From assembly GCA_013115125.1 (NCBI GenBank), contig JABANN010000024.1, positions 62,001 to 121,783 on the forward strand: a stretch of DNA of 59,783 nucleotides, written 5' to 3'. This DNA is from Perkinsus olseni (Eukaryota). Of the stretch, positions 35,509-50,456 are shown in pieces. Below the pieces are notes generated by a model. That model was not told where the DNA came from and searched no databases. It worked only from the letters and a program-made list of their open reading frames with translations. The translations under genes were made by a program, and so were the position numbers. Position 1 is the first letter of the stretch; each line of letters opens with the position of its first letter.

Positions 35509-38500
35509 TCACTTCCAAATAAGATACAGATGAATGTCATTGGATTTGGCCGCGTCTTCGAGCAGCCGAAAAGCTTCATCACGGTTCATCATCCGGTACG
35601 CTTGCCCCTTCCGCTCCGGTCGTTCATTAAACTGCTCAATGATGTGGTCGACGGAAAGCGCACCGTTGCACATAGTCTGAAAAGACGGTTGCAGTAGTAA
35701 TCTTTTTTGGTCTCAAAAAACACAAGTAGAGCGTCGCTCCCGACCACGCATCCCCTCCACGGTGGCTTTCAACCATACGGGACCTACCAGAATTTCTTGC
35801 TGTCTGGCCAAGGCCTGCTCTTCCCTAGTCAACAGCGCCTGCTTCATCGGCCATGGCTTCGGGTGGAGTGAGGGCTCTGCACGCCCGCTCAGCTTGCCCG
35901 AATGATGCCGGTAGTGTGCCTGCGCACAACAACGAGCCGTTCTTTCTGGTGCGGGCGAAACACAACTTCGCGAACAAGTTCCGTCAGCAACTTCACCTGG
36001 GGCGGATCGACCGGGAAGTCTATGGTGATGACCTGAGAGCGTACTTCGTGCAGCTCCGATGGACTGAGAGTCGGGAACCTGTAAACTGACTCGTGGCGCG
36101 CGCGAAATCTGCGACACCTCTCCACTTACAGCCGCATCGGGCGTAAAATACCCATGACCAAACCATAAACGATGAAGTGCCTTGGGCTCGCCGACGCAGC
36201 CTTGAATTGATGCCACTTCTTCTCCAGCCACTCGCCGAGGGACAGCGACTGGTCCATCTCCAAGTAAAGACGATAGACGCTCTCCGCTGCCGATTCCCAT
36301 CGGCTTGGCGGTCCCGCCGCGACATCCGACCGACGATCTGGAAACCCACTAGCGTGCACTCGACAGTCTCCGCAGGAATTTTCTCACCATCGACATCGGG
36401 CCAGTCCCCTAGCGAGGAAGCTCTGGACCCCAGCGGAGAGCAGACCAGATAGTCATCTTCCATAACGGCCAGATTCTCGGCCAAGTCAGGGCAGACGAAA
36501 CGCACAGCATCGGCCTAAAAACCGAACCAGAAAAGCGGAGGACCACCAAAAGCGAGGGTCTTACTCGAATGAGCTCGTCATCGAAATGGGAGTGCAGCTC
36601 GGTGGCGTTGAGCATGTAATGGGAATGGGCATCTATCGGGTCCAGCATGAACACCGCCTGAACAGAAGCAAGAACTACGGTCGAAAAAAGGAGATTTGTA
36701 CGGCGAAGAGTTGATCCTTAAGCACACGGGCGAAAGTGATGACACTGACCCCAATGGCAACAAGGTTCTCCAAGCACTCAGTAGTCATCGACAAGTTAGC
36801 CGAGCACGCCATCTCCGAGATCTTCCATACCGTCCGCAGGCCGTTGCAGAGGTGCAGTATCTGTTCGAGTGCATACGCCCAGCCGAGTGCCGAGGCGGCA
36901 CTCAATCACACAACAGGAGTCCGCGCATCTTGAGCCCACCTGCGCGGCGAATAAGTCAACCTCGTCAGCTCCACCCAAACAGGAGGGAGGATACAACCGC
37001 AGTTCGTTGTCATCCTCATCCTCGTCCAATGACACCAATGCCAGCTGAGGGAAGGGCATCTGGAAGGGCTCGATCGGCGACGCCGCCACGTGCTGGAGAT
37101 CTCGCCGACTAACTGAAGAAAGGCAGACGTTGCCGTCGAGCATGCGAACAATGCTTTGAGCAACTTACACCGCTCGTCGTCTTCCCCAGACTGCGGTTCC
37201 GATACCCAGCTGGTTGAGCTCAGGGACGGACCAGTAGAGCTCCCGCTGTTCCACGCTATGGAGATGCCGGACCCGCCCGGGCTGCCATCTCCGCGCTCGC
37301 CTGCTGGACTATCTGAAAGACCAGCAAGCTGACCAAGCCGAGCGGCGGTGATGATGAGAGACCGACTTCGGCGAGGAGATTCGCTGCTGTTTCTAGCACT
37401 CGCGGACTGAGTATCAGACTCGTACTGCTGCTGTTGGTGATGGTCAGGGCGATAGAGCGCCGAGTAACCTCTCTGGGTCTGCCCCGTAGCCGCTACGGCA
37501 TTCCACACTGTGGCGGACAGAGAGGCTTCGTTGGCCAGTCGAGTGAGGCTGTGACGGAACGTGACTGAGTGGGTCTGAGGTGTTGAAATCAATACGGGGA
37601 GTTGTTATGAATATCATACACTGTAGGTAGTACAATGCACGCACATAATGCGTACCCTCACCTCCATCAACGTCACTTACATGCAGATCCGCTATACACG
37701 AAGTTTATATGAGTACGAGTAGAAACGTTAGGCTATTCGATGCTATGAGAACTACTCCGATTGATACTCGTTTGACTTCTAGATAGATGGGGCATCTTAA
37801 CCTTGGCTGTCGATAGGATATGATATGCTACGGCAGCATTCCATAGGATATTGTTGGTCCATGGAAAGTCTCACTGTCTAATTCCAACAGTTCACTACCA
37901 CGACAAGGACTTTGCTCAGGAGGATTTTGAGGCGGAATGGCATACGGTAGTCCTTCACAAATATATCGACCGATTCCCTCAACCTTTCGCCTCTTCATTT
38001 TCTCTTAGTCCCCGAGCGCGATAGAATTTTCTCGAAAATTTCACAGGGCAACCAATCCGACCTACATCCGTCACCGGCACATGAACAACATCATCGGCAT
38101 TATGCAACAGCTGAGGTATCTCGCTCGTCTCATAATACAGCTCCCCAACGCCAGTACTGGAGTTGAGCTGCTCTCGAACCTGTAGAGATCGGCACCCGAT
38201 CGTCCAGATCCCAACGGAAGCCGCTTCCAGAATTCGGAAACCCCGACTTTCTGCGCCGCACACTTTCTAGCGCGAGATAACCGGGCAAACGGCGTTCGAT
38301 CGAGTTGCCGAGAGCAGTACGCTTTCGAGTATGTATTTGACTGTGGGTCGATGAGACTCATCACTGAGAAGCCTCAAGCTCGGATCCAACTCCATTCGTG
38401 TGAAGTTAATTGCCAACTGCTGCGCGATCTCCCGGTACCTAGGGAAGCTCATCCTAACTTGGCTTCCGCCACAATGAATCGTTCGTCGGTTTTAACAGAT

Positions 38501-39482
38501 GAGCCACGTCCGAGACGAGCGCAGAGCTGGAACACAGCGCTCGGGGACTCCAAGTCTCGCCACGATCAAATAAGGAGAGGTGTGAATTGCTCTGCGCGAA
38601 CGACGCAAGGAGCAAAGGAGCCATGGAACCCTCCCGCCGGCTACACTTCCCATGGTGGTGTATCATCAGTGTCCGAATTGGTGTCCGGTACTATGAAGGC
38701 GACGCAGAAGACCAATGACGACCTGGGAAGATGACGCCTAGAGAAGCGCGGCAAGGAGAGAGCCTACCGCTCGTATTTGGAGTCTTCCAAGTAGACGGGT
38801 ACGCCCATCATGGCCAGGCCTTCAGAGAGACTTACGCAAACCACACGCCAGCAGCAGTCTCGGTCTGCCAAATACAGTCTGCGGCCGGACCAGAGGCGAG
38901 GTCCTCGCCGCGAGGAAGAGCTAACCTGGCAAGAAGTGGTATCCACATTCCTTGACTTTCGCGTGGAGGTCCAGGACGCCGATGGCCGTCATCTGCTGCG
39001 GTGAAGCCACTGGAGCCTGGTCTTGGACTGAAGCACAGACGCAGCAAGCTCTCATCACAGATTGATGGAATGAATGCTCCGGCTGAGGCTCACCATGGAA
39101 CGCCCTTGGCTGAAAAACCGGTAGTTGCGGGTCGTCCGGTGACGAGCAGGATATCATGTACCCGAGGTCGAGCTAAGACACGACAAAAAATAAGATACCC
39201 CACTGAATGCTCACTTACATCGAAAGTCAGATAGAGCATGCAGAGCATCTTGAGCCCAGTCGCGTTAGCATAAGCCTGGGCCGCACTCTGCGGGGCCTGC
39301 TGTGCGCCCAAGGCTGATGGCTGCTGGCCCAGCTCAGGAGCACTCTGCCTTAACCTCGGCAGGGACGTGGAAGAATCCGTGTTCTCCACTTCTCCGTTGC
39401 GAGGATCCGCAGCTAGTTTCCGGCCGGAAGGCGCCCCTCGCGGAGTAGTGTGGGCTGATGATGTCACTGAGACCGATGCCAT
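35509..39482 (-). CDS. NPRL2: GATOR1 subunit NPRL2/Npr2 homolog, multi-exon with Ser-rich insertions
   Basis: Collinear NPRL2-like segments: MLCMLYLTFD..GPMISCSSP; VVCVSL..MMGVPVYLEDSKYER; YREIAQQLAINFTRMELD; QILHLCNGLRTVWKISEMA; VYRLYLEM..PRHFIVYGLVMGILR; terminal CNGALSVDHII...YLIWK*. Confidence 0.8.
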
Positions 39483-39627
39483 CGCCAAGTGCTGCCGGAC
39501 ATAGGAACTGCGACGAGGTGCCCCTCCTGGCGTCACTACCAACACAAGTCTGAAATCCCCATCAGCAGTCATCAACTATGATGAAGAAATTCGACAAGTA
39601 TATCAAAGCAGTGGGTGGTTGTCATAG

Positions 39628-40572
39628 TCAACTGTCGTGCTCATCAGCCCGGCATCGTGTCGACGCAGCGGTGATGATCTCGATGAGGGAATACACAGCA
39701 AGACCGGCGTACAGGAGGAAAGGCGCCACGTGGCTCCACCAGGAGAGCCCGACCTCAAGCTGGGTGTCGAAGCAGTAGTGCAGGTTGTGAAGCACATGAA
39801 GCAGCGCCACTTCTACTAGGCTGTCCGTGGACAGGAACCTCAGACTCAGACCCACTGCAGCGACGAAGCTGACCAGCCAGGCCTCTTGGCCAGCCCCTGC
39901 GTGGGCCGAAGCGAAGAGCCCCGACTCAACACCGACAGCGAGGCATATTGATATGGCAGGGCTGATGACGGAGAGCGAACCAAGACGCTGGACGAGGACT
40001 CCCTTAAGGATAAGCAATCGGTAGACCACCTCTTCGAACGCAGGGATCGCCAGACCGACATCGAAGACCATGGGCCAGCTCACTGTATTCCAGTCGGGAA
40101 CATCCAACATAGTGAGCACCAAGCTGATGGTGAGGGGCAGCACGAGGACGAGAGAGACGTAGTGGAGGCCGCAACTGGGCACTCCCCAGGGCTGGGCTGC
40201 ATGGTCTGGACGGTACTGCAGACGCTGCTGCAACAGCACTGCAAGTGTAACTAGAATTTTCATCCACACTGGTCTTGTAAAGAGCCGCAGGAAGACGTGG
40301 AAGAAGACCAACTCGATGCCGGCAATCAGGAGGGTGACCTGTACCGAGGAGGCCAGCAAGTCTTGTACCTGCTGCGGCTCCATCCCTCCCAACTTCTTCT
40401 TGTTCTTGCCACCACGTCTCGTCAGCAGCGTCACCAGAGCCCACTCGGAGAAGCCTAGGAAGCCGTAGACCGGTGCCGAGGGGACCTTGGTATCCACCGC
40501 TGAGCCGTTCACCGCGTCCTGGGCCTCGGGAGACGTCGATGTCATTACGACCGAGTCAACTACTACTGCCAT
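39628..40572 (-). CDS. CPBP/Abi family (type II CAAX-like) intramembrane metalloprotease
   Basis: Multi-TM protein with PAFEEVVYR (EExxxR), FASAH (FxxxH) and HVLHN (HxxxN) motifs. Confidence 0.85.
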   Translation of the reverse strand: MAVVVDSVVMTSTSPEAQDAVNGSAVDTKVPSAPVYGFLGFSEWALVTLLTRRGGKNKKKLGGMEPQQVQDLLASSVQVTLLIAGIELVFFHVFLRLFTRPVWMKILVTLAVLLQQRLQYRPDHAAQPWGVPSCGLHYVSLVLVLPLTISLVLTMLDVPDWNTVSWPMVFDVGLAIPAFEEVVYRLLILKGVLVQRLGSLSVISPAISICLAVGVESGLFASAHAGAGQEAWLVSFVAAVGLSLRFLSTDSLVEVALLHVLHNLHYCFDTQLEVGLSWWSHVAPFLLYAGLAVYSLIEIITAASTRCRADEHDS

Positions 40573-40698
40573 CTCCGACCTTGTAAACGATAGCTACCAC
40601 GGTGATCTACACTAACTAACAAAACACGGGGCGGTGGTTCCTGAGGACAGTGGTGTTGTAAAATACAGCAGTTCAACGTCGAATGTCGTACAAATACA

Positions 40699-40700
<2 letters not shown>

Positions 40701-40730
<30 letters not shown>
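40701..40730. repeat. (CAG)n microsatellite between ELP3 and the CPBP gene
   Basis: About 10 CAG units. Confidence 0.85.
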
Positions 40731-40733
<3 letters not shown>

Positions 40734-40811
40734 CTGGGGAGGGGCTAGCCGAAACGCTACCAGAAACTTCCCGCACAGCTACTGCTACCAATGGTGACAC
40801 TTGTGTACGCT

Positions 40812-43800
40812 CTAGTGCTTGTGTCGAGCAAGATAGGCGAGGCCGAGGCCGCAGACAGCGGCAACCTAGGAGAGGGGATGGGGTCCTCGTGTATCGAGAC
40901 AGCTGTACTTACCCCGACCGCGGCGGTGCTTTCCAGCACGATCTGCCTTCTCCGCAAATGCCGAAGATCCTCCTTGCGAGCTGCAAACTCCGAGCTGAGA
41001 TCCTTGATCAGGAAGTGGCCCACTCCCTCACCAGGCATCTCGTACCTAGCGGACCGTGTACCCCTCCGCCGCCCCAGCGAACCGTCGTTCTTACCCGAAC
41101 TTCCTGTAGTAGTTCCGGACCCCCACGCCGGAAATAACAGCTATCTTCGAGTACCCTCGCTCAACAGCCATTCGCTCGGCCTCAGCCAGCAACCTTCGAC
41201 CCAGACCTGACCATCGCACATTGGCTAAGGTACGTCGACCGCCACCTCCTCACCTGTATGCTGCACAGGGGCTACGTCCGTCCCTCCTGCTGCCGAAGAT
41301 AGGTGGCTCGAGGACAGCAATGACGTGGCGTTGGAGACCTGTTGGAACGCTTCAACAGGGAGATGAGTCGAGTCAGTAATGTCCCACCTGACTCATGGCC
41401 CTGCCGTTCTTGTGCTGCCTGACAGCCTGTACAGTGCCATAAACGTGCAACTCTCGAATCAAGGCACATCCACTGAGCTCCGGGAAGACCCTAAGTGGCC
41501 ACGAATTCGGGAAGGTGTGGTACGGTAACACAGTAAACTCCTCCGCACGTACTTGTGATGCTCCGTCAGGCCGTTATCATTGAAGCGAAGCCTTAGCAAA
41601 CCGTACAGCGGGGCGTTGTCCTTAGGAGTCGTATCCTCGAGCCCCGCTCCGACCACCCACGACCGAGCTCTTCTCCACAGGGACTGCTGCATCGTAACTA
41701 GCAATAAGCGAACACTCCCCACCACGGTTCGGAGTAGACGAGCGCCCCGTGATGAGGTTTCAGCCTTAGCACGACTCGACCTTGGATACCCAGAAGATAT
41801 GGTCGCGGGCTCGATCCCTGGAGCGGTCATATTGTCCCGATTAAATCCTGACCGCCACGCTCCCTACCACATTTCCCAGCTCCCTCAGTGAGCTTGGCCA
41901 CGACAAAAGATCCAACCCCAGCCAGAGCGGAACTCGCCGAGCTCTCGGCCTGCTCCTCAGCATGCTTCCTATTCTTCTTCTTATTCTTCTTTTTATCTTC
42001 CTTCTTCTGCCGCTTCTTCATGCCCCTCTCAGTGGCACCCCCTCCCCTGTCACACGACGAGACCTACACTCACCAGGCCACGCCCCAAGACCTACACTCC
42101 CCGGTCGATGCTGCCCTCGAAGCTTAGGAAACACTCGTCGCCATCGCTGCTGCGGTACCTGCCAATGGAACAGGATCTCTGACGAGAGTACACAAGACAT
42201 TGCTGGATCCATCTTGTACTCTCATAGCGACCCCATCACCACCCTTGCCAGTGCATCGACCAACTTCCTAGCTACACCATCAGTAAAGCCAGCGTGGTCA
42301 GCAGCAGCCCTCTACATGAAGCATCCAAAGCCAGCGCCACCCTCCCTACTACCATCGCTTAGCTAGTCGCAGTAACGACTCATCCTCGGGCCAGTCTCTT
42401 ACTTCCCGGCACCGTATGCATCTGAAGGGAGGAGTAGGTTACCTCGACCCACATCGACAAAATGAAACGAGCCCGTCCAGGCCGAGCCCACACGGCTTGA
42501 TTTCCCAAGGAGCCGAGTGGGTCAGGAGAACACCATCCACAACCATTTCGCGGCGAGGAAGAGACCAGCCCGAAGTAACCATCCGCGGCCCACAGACCCT
42601 ACCAACCCCTCAAACTACCTGCAGTATTTGCCCTGCTTAGCAAGCTCCTTGAAGATCATCTGTCGAAGGTTGGTGTTCTGGTTACCCGCGATGATGGACA
42701 CCTCAGGGATATCCCGAATCACTCGATTAAGCCTGATCAGAGATACTCTCATGGAGGCCACCCGAGCCGGACCATGCAGGGCACCGTAACCGGCATAGAA
42801 GGGGTCTAGCAGAGTTCACGGCAAATGAAGTTGCTCCGAACTGATCCAACGGTCGATATCCCCAACGACACAAGCGAGACGCGCTAGGAGATCCACTAGA
42901 AGATACTGCGGACTATCACGATCGTCCAGTACGATGGTTTGTGGCACCACACTCGAAACGGGCGGAGCCGCGAATTATTCTCGCAGAAAGTGGATGTCGT
43001 TCGCTCCTACGAAAAGCAGTTGTCACGGTCAAGATCTAGCACGACGAGTTGAAACGATAAGGCGCCAACCCTCCACGGCAGAGTTCTCCAACCCCAACAG
43101 GAACCACGCAGCGGCAGACACTTACCGAATCCAAGGGTGAACTCTCGCCTTAGTCCAGACCAGCAAGTCCACGAGCAACTTCGGGTCTTTCTGCAACAAC
43201 GAGCACGCAGGAAGTCCCCAGCCAACAGGCCCACAAGGGCCGTATCCCTCACCTCGGTGTAGGGCATGTAGCTGCCTTCGCTATACCACTTCTCAATCAT
43301 GCTGAAGGGCGTCACTTCACAGGGGTATATCTTCCAATGGTCCGCTTGCAGGTAGGGGGTCTCTAATACGAATTTGAACATCTCTCGATCCTTCTCAGGG
43401 TTGGAGGTGGGGAGATCAGGCATCAGGTGGATGTCGACCTTGAAGCAGGACTCCTTCAAGAGCTTAACAGCCTTCATCGAGTCCTCCACAGTGTGGCCCC
43501 TGACAGGTGCACGCAAGAACTCACCAACTACCACTGGGCAGTCGCAACGGGATGCATAGTCACACTAGCTCGCCTAAGCAAATCAGTTGCAGAGACTGAT
43601 CCTAACTGGATAACGAATGAACGAACGAGGATTCTAGCTGTGCCCACGGTCGCATACAAGTGGAACACGATAGACCTCGGCGGCAGCTGCCACACCATTA
43701 CGCGAACAACATTATACTAGTGCGGCGGTCAACGACGAGATAGAAGGCAGTGAGGAGTGTTGGCTACCAATAAACGGGTAGCCAGCGAAGTTCACTGAGT

Positions 43801-45878
43801 GACCTCGATAACCCTAGCCCCTCATCGTTCCCTAACGTCTCTCGATCCGGGGAATTGACTATGGATGGCGATGGCCAAGCCTCGACAGGCTCTCAGCCCG
43901 TAATCCAATGCGCCACCCACCTATTGATGGTCTTCAGTATCTGGTTGTCCGTATGCTGTACGCCGATCTGTACTCGAGTGCAGCCCAGAGTTCTCAGCCT
44001 CCGCAGCTCAGTAGGGTTCACATAGTCTGGCCGCGTCTCCAAGGTTAAACCTGAAACGACTCTCGCACACTACCGTTCGAACCTCTCAGCGGTCGAAGCT
44101 ACACACACGCGGACAACCGATACGACAGCACGAATGAGTGAAGACAGGGATGGGATGGGCGAAGGGCAGCTCGCTCAGGGCCCGGGAGAAGTCAGCGGTG
44201 CAAGAATCCGAGCCCGCGTCCCCAACTACCGATGATCTTGCAATCGGACACTTCATTCCGGACTTGCTCCTCCTCCAGTGAGAGCTTACTGCGATACAGG
44301 CTGTTGAGGGAAGGCATGTTGTGGGCTTCCAGAGTGGACACATCTGACGCAGGGATACACTGGAGCAATGCAGAGCGGCGAGGAAAGCTTCGAGACGCTA
44401 TGCAAACCCGCAAGAAACTCGAGAGGAGCTGACCGATTCCAATCAGTTTGCCATTCTCTTATGATCGAAATTAGGTTTGACAGTAAAAGTGAGGTTAAGG
44501 CTGAGGTAAAACTTTTACCTCAGCCTCCGCTCACAAGATATGTACTATAATACGCACACACGTGACACACGATGTCGATCAGTATGAAGTTGAGGTCTTT
44601 CGGGTCGTCACTGCGACACTAGGCAAACGATGAGAATATGCCTTCTAATATCATACTACACAATCATAGTCTATTATGATAAAACAGACTGGGTTCAGCG
44701 GGATGGATCCTTTAAAAAGCGAACATCATACCGTTATTACCCAACTTCCTGTTCTTAGCGATGGCAGCCTCGTTGAAGATATTGGCAGCATAGAAGAGGT
44801 CTCTGCAGAACTGCTCCTGGTACTCATGAGGGTAGAAGGACCAGGTGCCTCCCAAGACGATGATCTCCACCTGAATGTCACGAGTGGGATTCGAACCGGG
44901 GACCTCCGCCTGTTACTTTGTCAACAGTATGCCCTTGCCTCGCTAGAGTAGTTGCACGGTCCCAGAACTGAAGCACTGGATCGAACTTGTTCTGATTCGC
45001 TCGTGCTACTGCAGGCTCCGTCGACAGATACGACCTAAATTGCAGCGAAGCGAAACTTTATCAGAGCGAACGCATCCGACCCCATTCTGATGAGAATTCG
45101 CTGGTGCCCAAGCACGCTCGAAGTGAATTCAGAAAAACAATCTGGGCAGTTTTCGCTCAGGGAATGCACATGGCTAATCTCCCTAGACTCGCAAAATTCC
45201 ACCCGATTCCTTAGGGTCCGATAGTTTCACATAGCGCTCGTTTTCGAGAGACTACTACCTCGGCTGGCCCGGCTCGTTAGGGCAATAGTAGCAGTCGTTG
45301 GGGCAGGAGAAAGGGCCCGGCGCGGTGACGATGGTGATGACCACCACTCCCGAATTAGAACGAATGGACTTCTTCAGGAATATACCTGGGTTGTAGTGGT
45401 ACTAGAAAAAGAGCACGAATCGAAGATTCAGGTTACGTTCAAAGTGCTCGTTCTGCTGGACATCACCCCGTGTAACCAGGGTAGTGTAGGCTGCCTGCAG
45501 CTGGGCCTTACTGGGAACAAGCTTAGCTTTCCGCAGTACTGCTCGGTACCTTAACGATACACGATGCATGCTTCTGTACAGTTAAGTACGATAAGTGTAC
45601 CGACCACAGATCGGATGGACCCCGGTTCGATCCCCGCTCGTATTACGAAGCCTTGTATGACTGCTCAGTAGAAAGATCGTAGTCCAAAAGGTCCTTCACG
45701 AAACCCTCGACCTTGGGCCAGTCAGTATCAGCCTTCACACGATGTTGATACCTGTCAGACCGTACCACCAACCTCCGCAGACAGCCGTCCCCCACTCCGT
45801 CCACTCCTCAGTGTACAAGTCTTTGGCCTTCATGTGCTTCGTCTGAGCATCAGTCGTACAGACATCGTACCTTACCAT
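40812..45878 (-). CDS. ELP3: Elongator protein 3 (radical SAM + KAT), multi-exon, with a C-terminal TM anchor
   Basis: [30 protein letters not shown] (Fe-S motif); [80 protein letters not shown]. Final intron 40912-40866 gives [17 protein letters not shown]. Confidence 0.94.
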
Positions 45879-46721
45879 CAAAACCACCACCGTCGCTGAG
45901 GACTCGGTACGGAAACAAGCAATGATACCCTTCGTGACAGAGTCGCATACGCGCTGCCAGGCGCATGGAAGGATGAGACACTCAACGCCATCCCAGTGAC
46001 TTTAACGCAGGCGACTCCAAGTGGTGGTTGAATTGCGAGGTAGGGTGAATAGAGTCACTCACAAAGTTCTACCAGCAGAGAATATTCCAAGGAAGTTTGG
46101 TGATTTCGAAAACGCGTTTCTCGCTGAGCAATGGGAGTTCGTCTACAAAATTCCGAGAGGCTGAGCCCAGTTTCACGGACAATGTTACCCCAAAATCTCA
46201 TCTATTTTCGTACAGAGTGTCAGGATTACCGACTCAAGAATTACGGCTCGAAACGACCATGAAGGAGCAGGGCGCCTGGGCCGACCACCACGCCTCGCCG
46301 AACCACCCTTCGATAGCCTCAACGTCTTGTATAACATTGGCGCTCGTACATGAAGCTAACGCTCACTTCTCTCCGTCCGAGGTGTACTCAGTGCGCAAGG
46401 TAGACCACTGAACGGCCCCTAGTACTGTTCCTGGCCCTCCACCATGTGCTCTCTGCCCATCTCCGCCGTAGTGTCGCCTACAGCAGATGCCTCAGTCTCT
46501 ACGCCCTCTTTCGATGATGTTGCAGCTGCTGCCATTCGTACAGGAAAGATGCAGTGGCAACAACTTCTCGTCGATCACTACGACTGATGCCACTTGTTTC
46601 GTCTCGCCTTAGCCCCTCTCGCTCACTCGATAACCCAACACTTCACATCGATACTACGTACAGGAAGGCCGACTTATAGTGACGGTAAAGACGACAAACG
46701 ACCCAACAACAGCAGCAGCCT

Positions 46722-47318
46722 TCACGGCAACTCGTACTCCACTCCTGCAGCTTCCAACTTGCCTTTCAACGCCTCCTTCTTAGCCTCCCTCCGAGCCTTA
46801 GCCGCCTCACTAACGACAGGCAAGCCCGTCTTCTCATCAACTGGGCGACTGTTGTGCTTCTCCTTATTAACCTTAACGTGAATGCGCTTCATATTGATGA
46901 TACCACGGCCCCTGCCACTCTTGGCGCAGCCGTCCCAAAGAGACTCGTGAACCTGGCTCGCGTCGAGCAGCTTAGCACTGATGGGCTTCTGCATGATGAA
47001 GTACTTGTCCATATCCTTGGCCACAACCTCAGCTACATCATGCGACTTGAACTCGACAAAGGCGTACCCCTTAGAACGAGTGCTGCGTTTCGATCTCGCT
47101 AGGCGCAGTCGGGTGATGGTACCGAACTGGGACAAGAATTTGCGGATCTCGGGCTCGTAGAATCCAGTAGGGAGCCTGCCCAGACGAACTACCCCTCTCC
47201 GTCTAGCCCACGACCCCGCGACTCTCTTCTTGCCGCCGCTGACGGCCTTCTTTGCAGAGGTCGCTGCCATCTTCGTCGACGTCTTGTTGGCCTTACGACT
47301 AGTTGTTGCAGCCACCAT
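46722..47318 (-). CDS. Nucleolar RRM protein, NIFK/Nop15-like
   Basis: GVVRLGRLPTGFYEPEIRKFLSQFG..RLARSKRSTRSKGYAFVEF..VAEVVAKDMDKY, followed by a basic C-terminus ending in GVEYELP. Confidence 0.88.
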   Translation of the reverse strand: MVAATTSRKANKTSTKMAATSAKKAVSGGKKRVAGSWARRRGVVRLGRLPTGFYEPEIRKFLSQFGTITRLRLARSKRSTRSKGYAFVEFKSHDVAEVVAKDMDKYFIMQKPISAKLLDASQVHESLWDGCAKSGRGRGIINMKRIHVKVNKEKHNSRPVDEKTGLPVVSEAAKARREAKKEALKGKLEAAGVEYELP

Positions 47319-47691
47319 GACTGTGGTGAGTAGTACTATCTAACAACCTTGCACAACAGTGGACACACACTCAACGCCCAGCGCGCGATGGAACTCGCTC
47401 CTCTCAGGGTTCAAAGTTTTGTCTCCGACAATATCAAAAAATAATCCAACCAAATTTTAGTCTACTTAATGCGAACATACTACAATTCTACCACGAAACC
47501 TTGTCCCCTACAACACTACCCCTCCTCCCTAGTGAATAAGACAACTCAACAAACACAACATCTCCATCTTTGGAAGTACCAGGAACAGTCATCCAGACCA
47601 TAGCTACTGCTCTTGCTGAACCACGACCTTGATGACGGCATCATCAACAAGGGGATAGCCCAACATCACTGTTGCAACCTCCACCAATAGC

Positions 47692-48266
47692 TTAGTTGGA
47701 GGCAGCGGAGCCGGCCTTCTTAGCGACGGTACCCTCCTTGAAGCCGTTCTTGGCTCTGCGGTCGACGAGCTTGAGATAACGGCAGCGACCGGAACCGGTG
47801 GTGCGACGACGCTTGGCCTTGATAGACCAGTTGAAGCTGCGCATCTTCCTGTTGGGGAAGCCGCAAGAAGCGCAGTGCTTCTGCTGAGTGTGGAAGCTGA
47901 ACAAAACGACAAGTCAGCGAAGGACATCCCATTCATCCGAGCAGCTTCGCCAGACGAAATCTCTTCGGAAGATTAGAAGCCGGTGTACGTCGAACCCTCC
48001 CATTATTACGATCTCTTGCCGCAACGGACGCAGAGGCCGTGAGACTTCGTCAAGCGACGTCCGAACGAGGTGGTACCCTTGGTCTGAAATCACACGAAAA
48101 ATACTCAAAGATTCCACTTCAAATTCAACAGGACCGCTCTCGTAAAACCCACGAATTCAGTTCAGCTCTTCAACGCAAACAACGTGAAGCGACCAGTTTA
48201 GAGCGAATCGGGCCGGTCGAGCTCTCGGCACGTCTAATAAACCTCCCTGTCCGCCCTTATTACCAT
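47692..48266 (-). CDS. RPL37: 60S ribosomal protein L37 (eL37), 3 exons: ATG 48266-48264, ~48083-48010, 47896-47692
   Basis: [61 protein letters not shown]. Confidence 0.95.
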
Positions 48267-48803
48267 GTTGACTGATGGACTCCTGGATAGAGGCTTTTCT
48301 GATAGCGTTCGCCTGGTCCATCGATCGCTTGGGCGAGCGAGATCGTCACGGAGAGTCGGACAGTTGCACGCATGCGCAAGATGAGACGGAACGATGCAAA
48401 CCGCTTCGGCGAGGCTAAGCGGCGGCCAACGTGTGATAACTGGCCTAGACTTGCTCCTGTGTCTTTCTTAAGGAGCCCGCCTCGCCTTCATGTTCATTAG
48501 CCTTCGTGAACTACCTAACTTCAGGACCCTTCGCGTACGTGACATCACGTGTTAATCGATTGTGCCGTGGCTGTGGCACCCTCTAGCGTCACTTGGCGTT
48601 TTCAATGACTTTACACTAGCGTCGTTGAGGTCTTGTGTTTTTAGAGCACTCAGCCGAGACGACTTCGTCGTACCTGTCCATCTGCAGTAGATCGGTCTCC
48701 GTAACTAAGGCTGTCGTCGATGTTAGTTGCGGGTGAACGGCTCAGCGTGTTGAATAGAGTTTTATGATTTTTCCATCAGTTGTGCTCCTGGATGTTTTGC
48801 TGA

Positions 48804-50456
<1,653 letters not shown>

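Noticed and set aside
46100-46560. Small spliced gene between ELP3 and the NIFK-like gene
   Set aside because: Splice-like signals exist, but no coherent reading frame or domain could be built.
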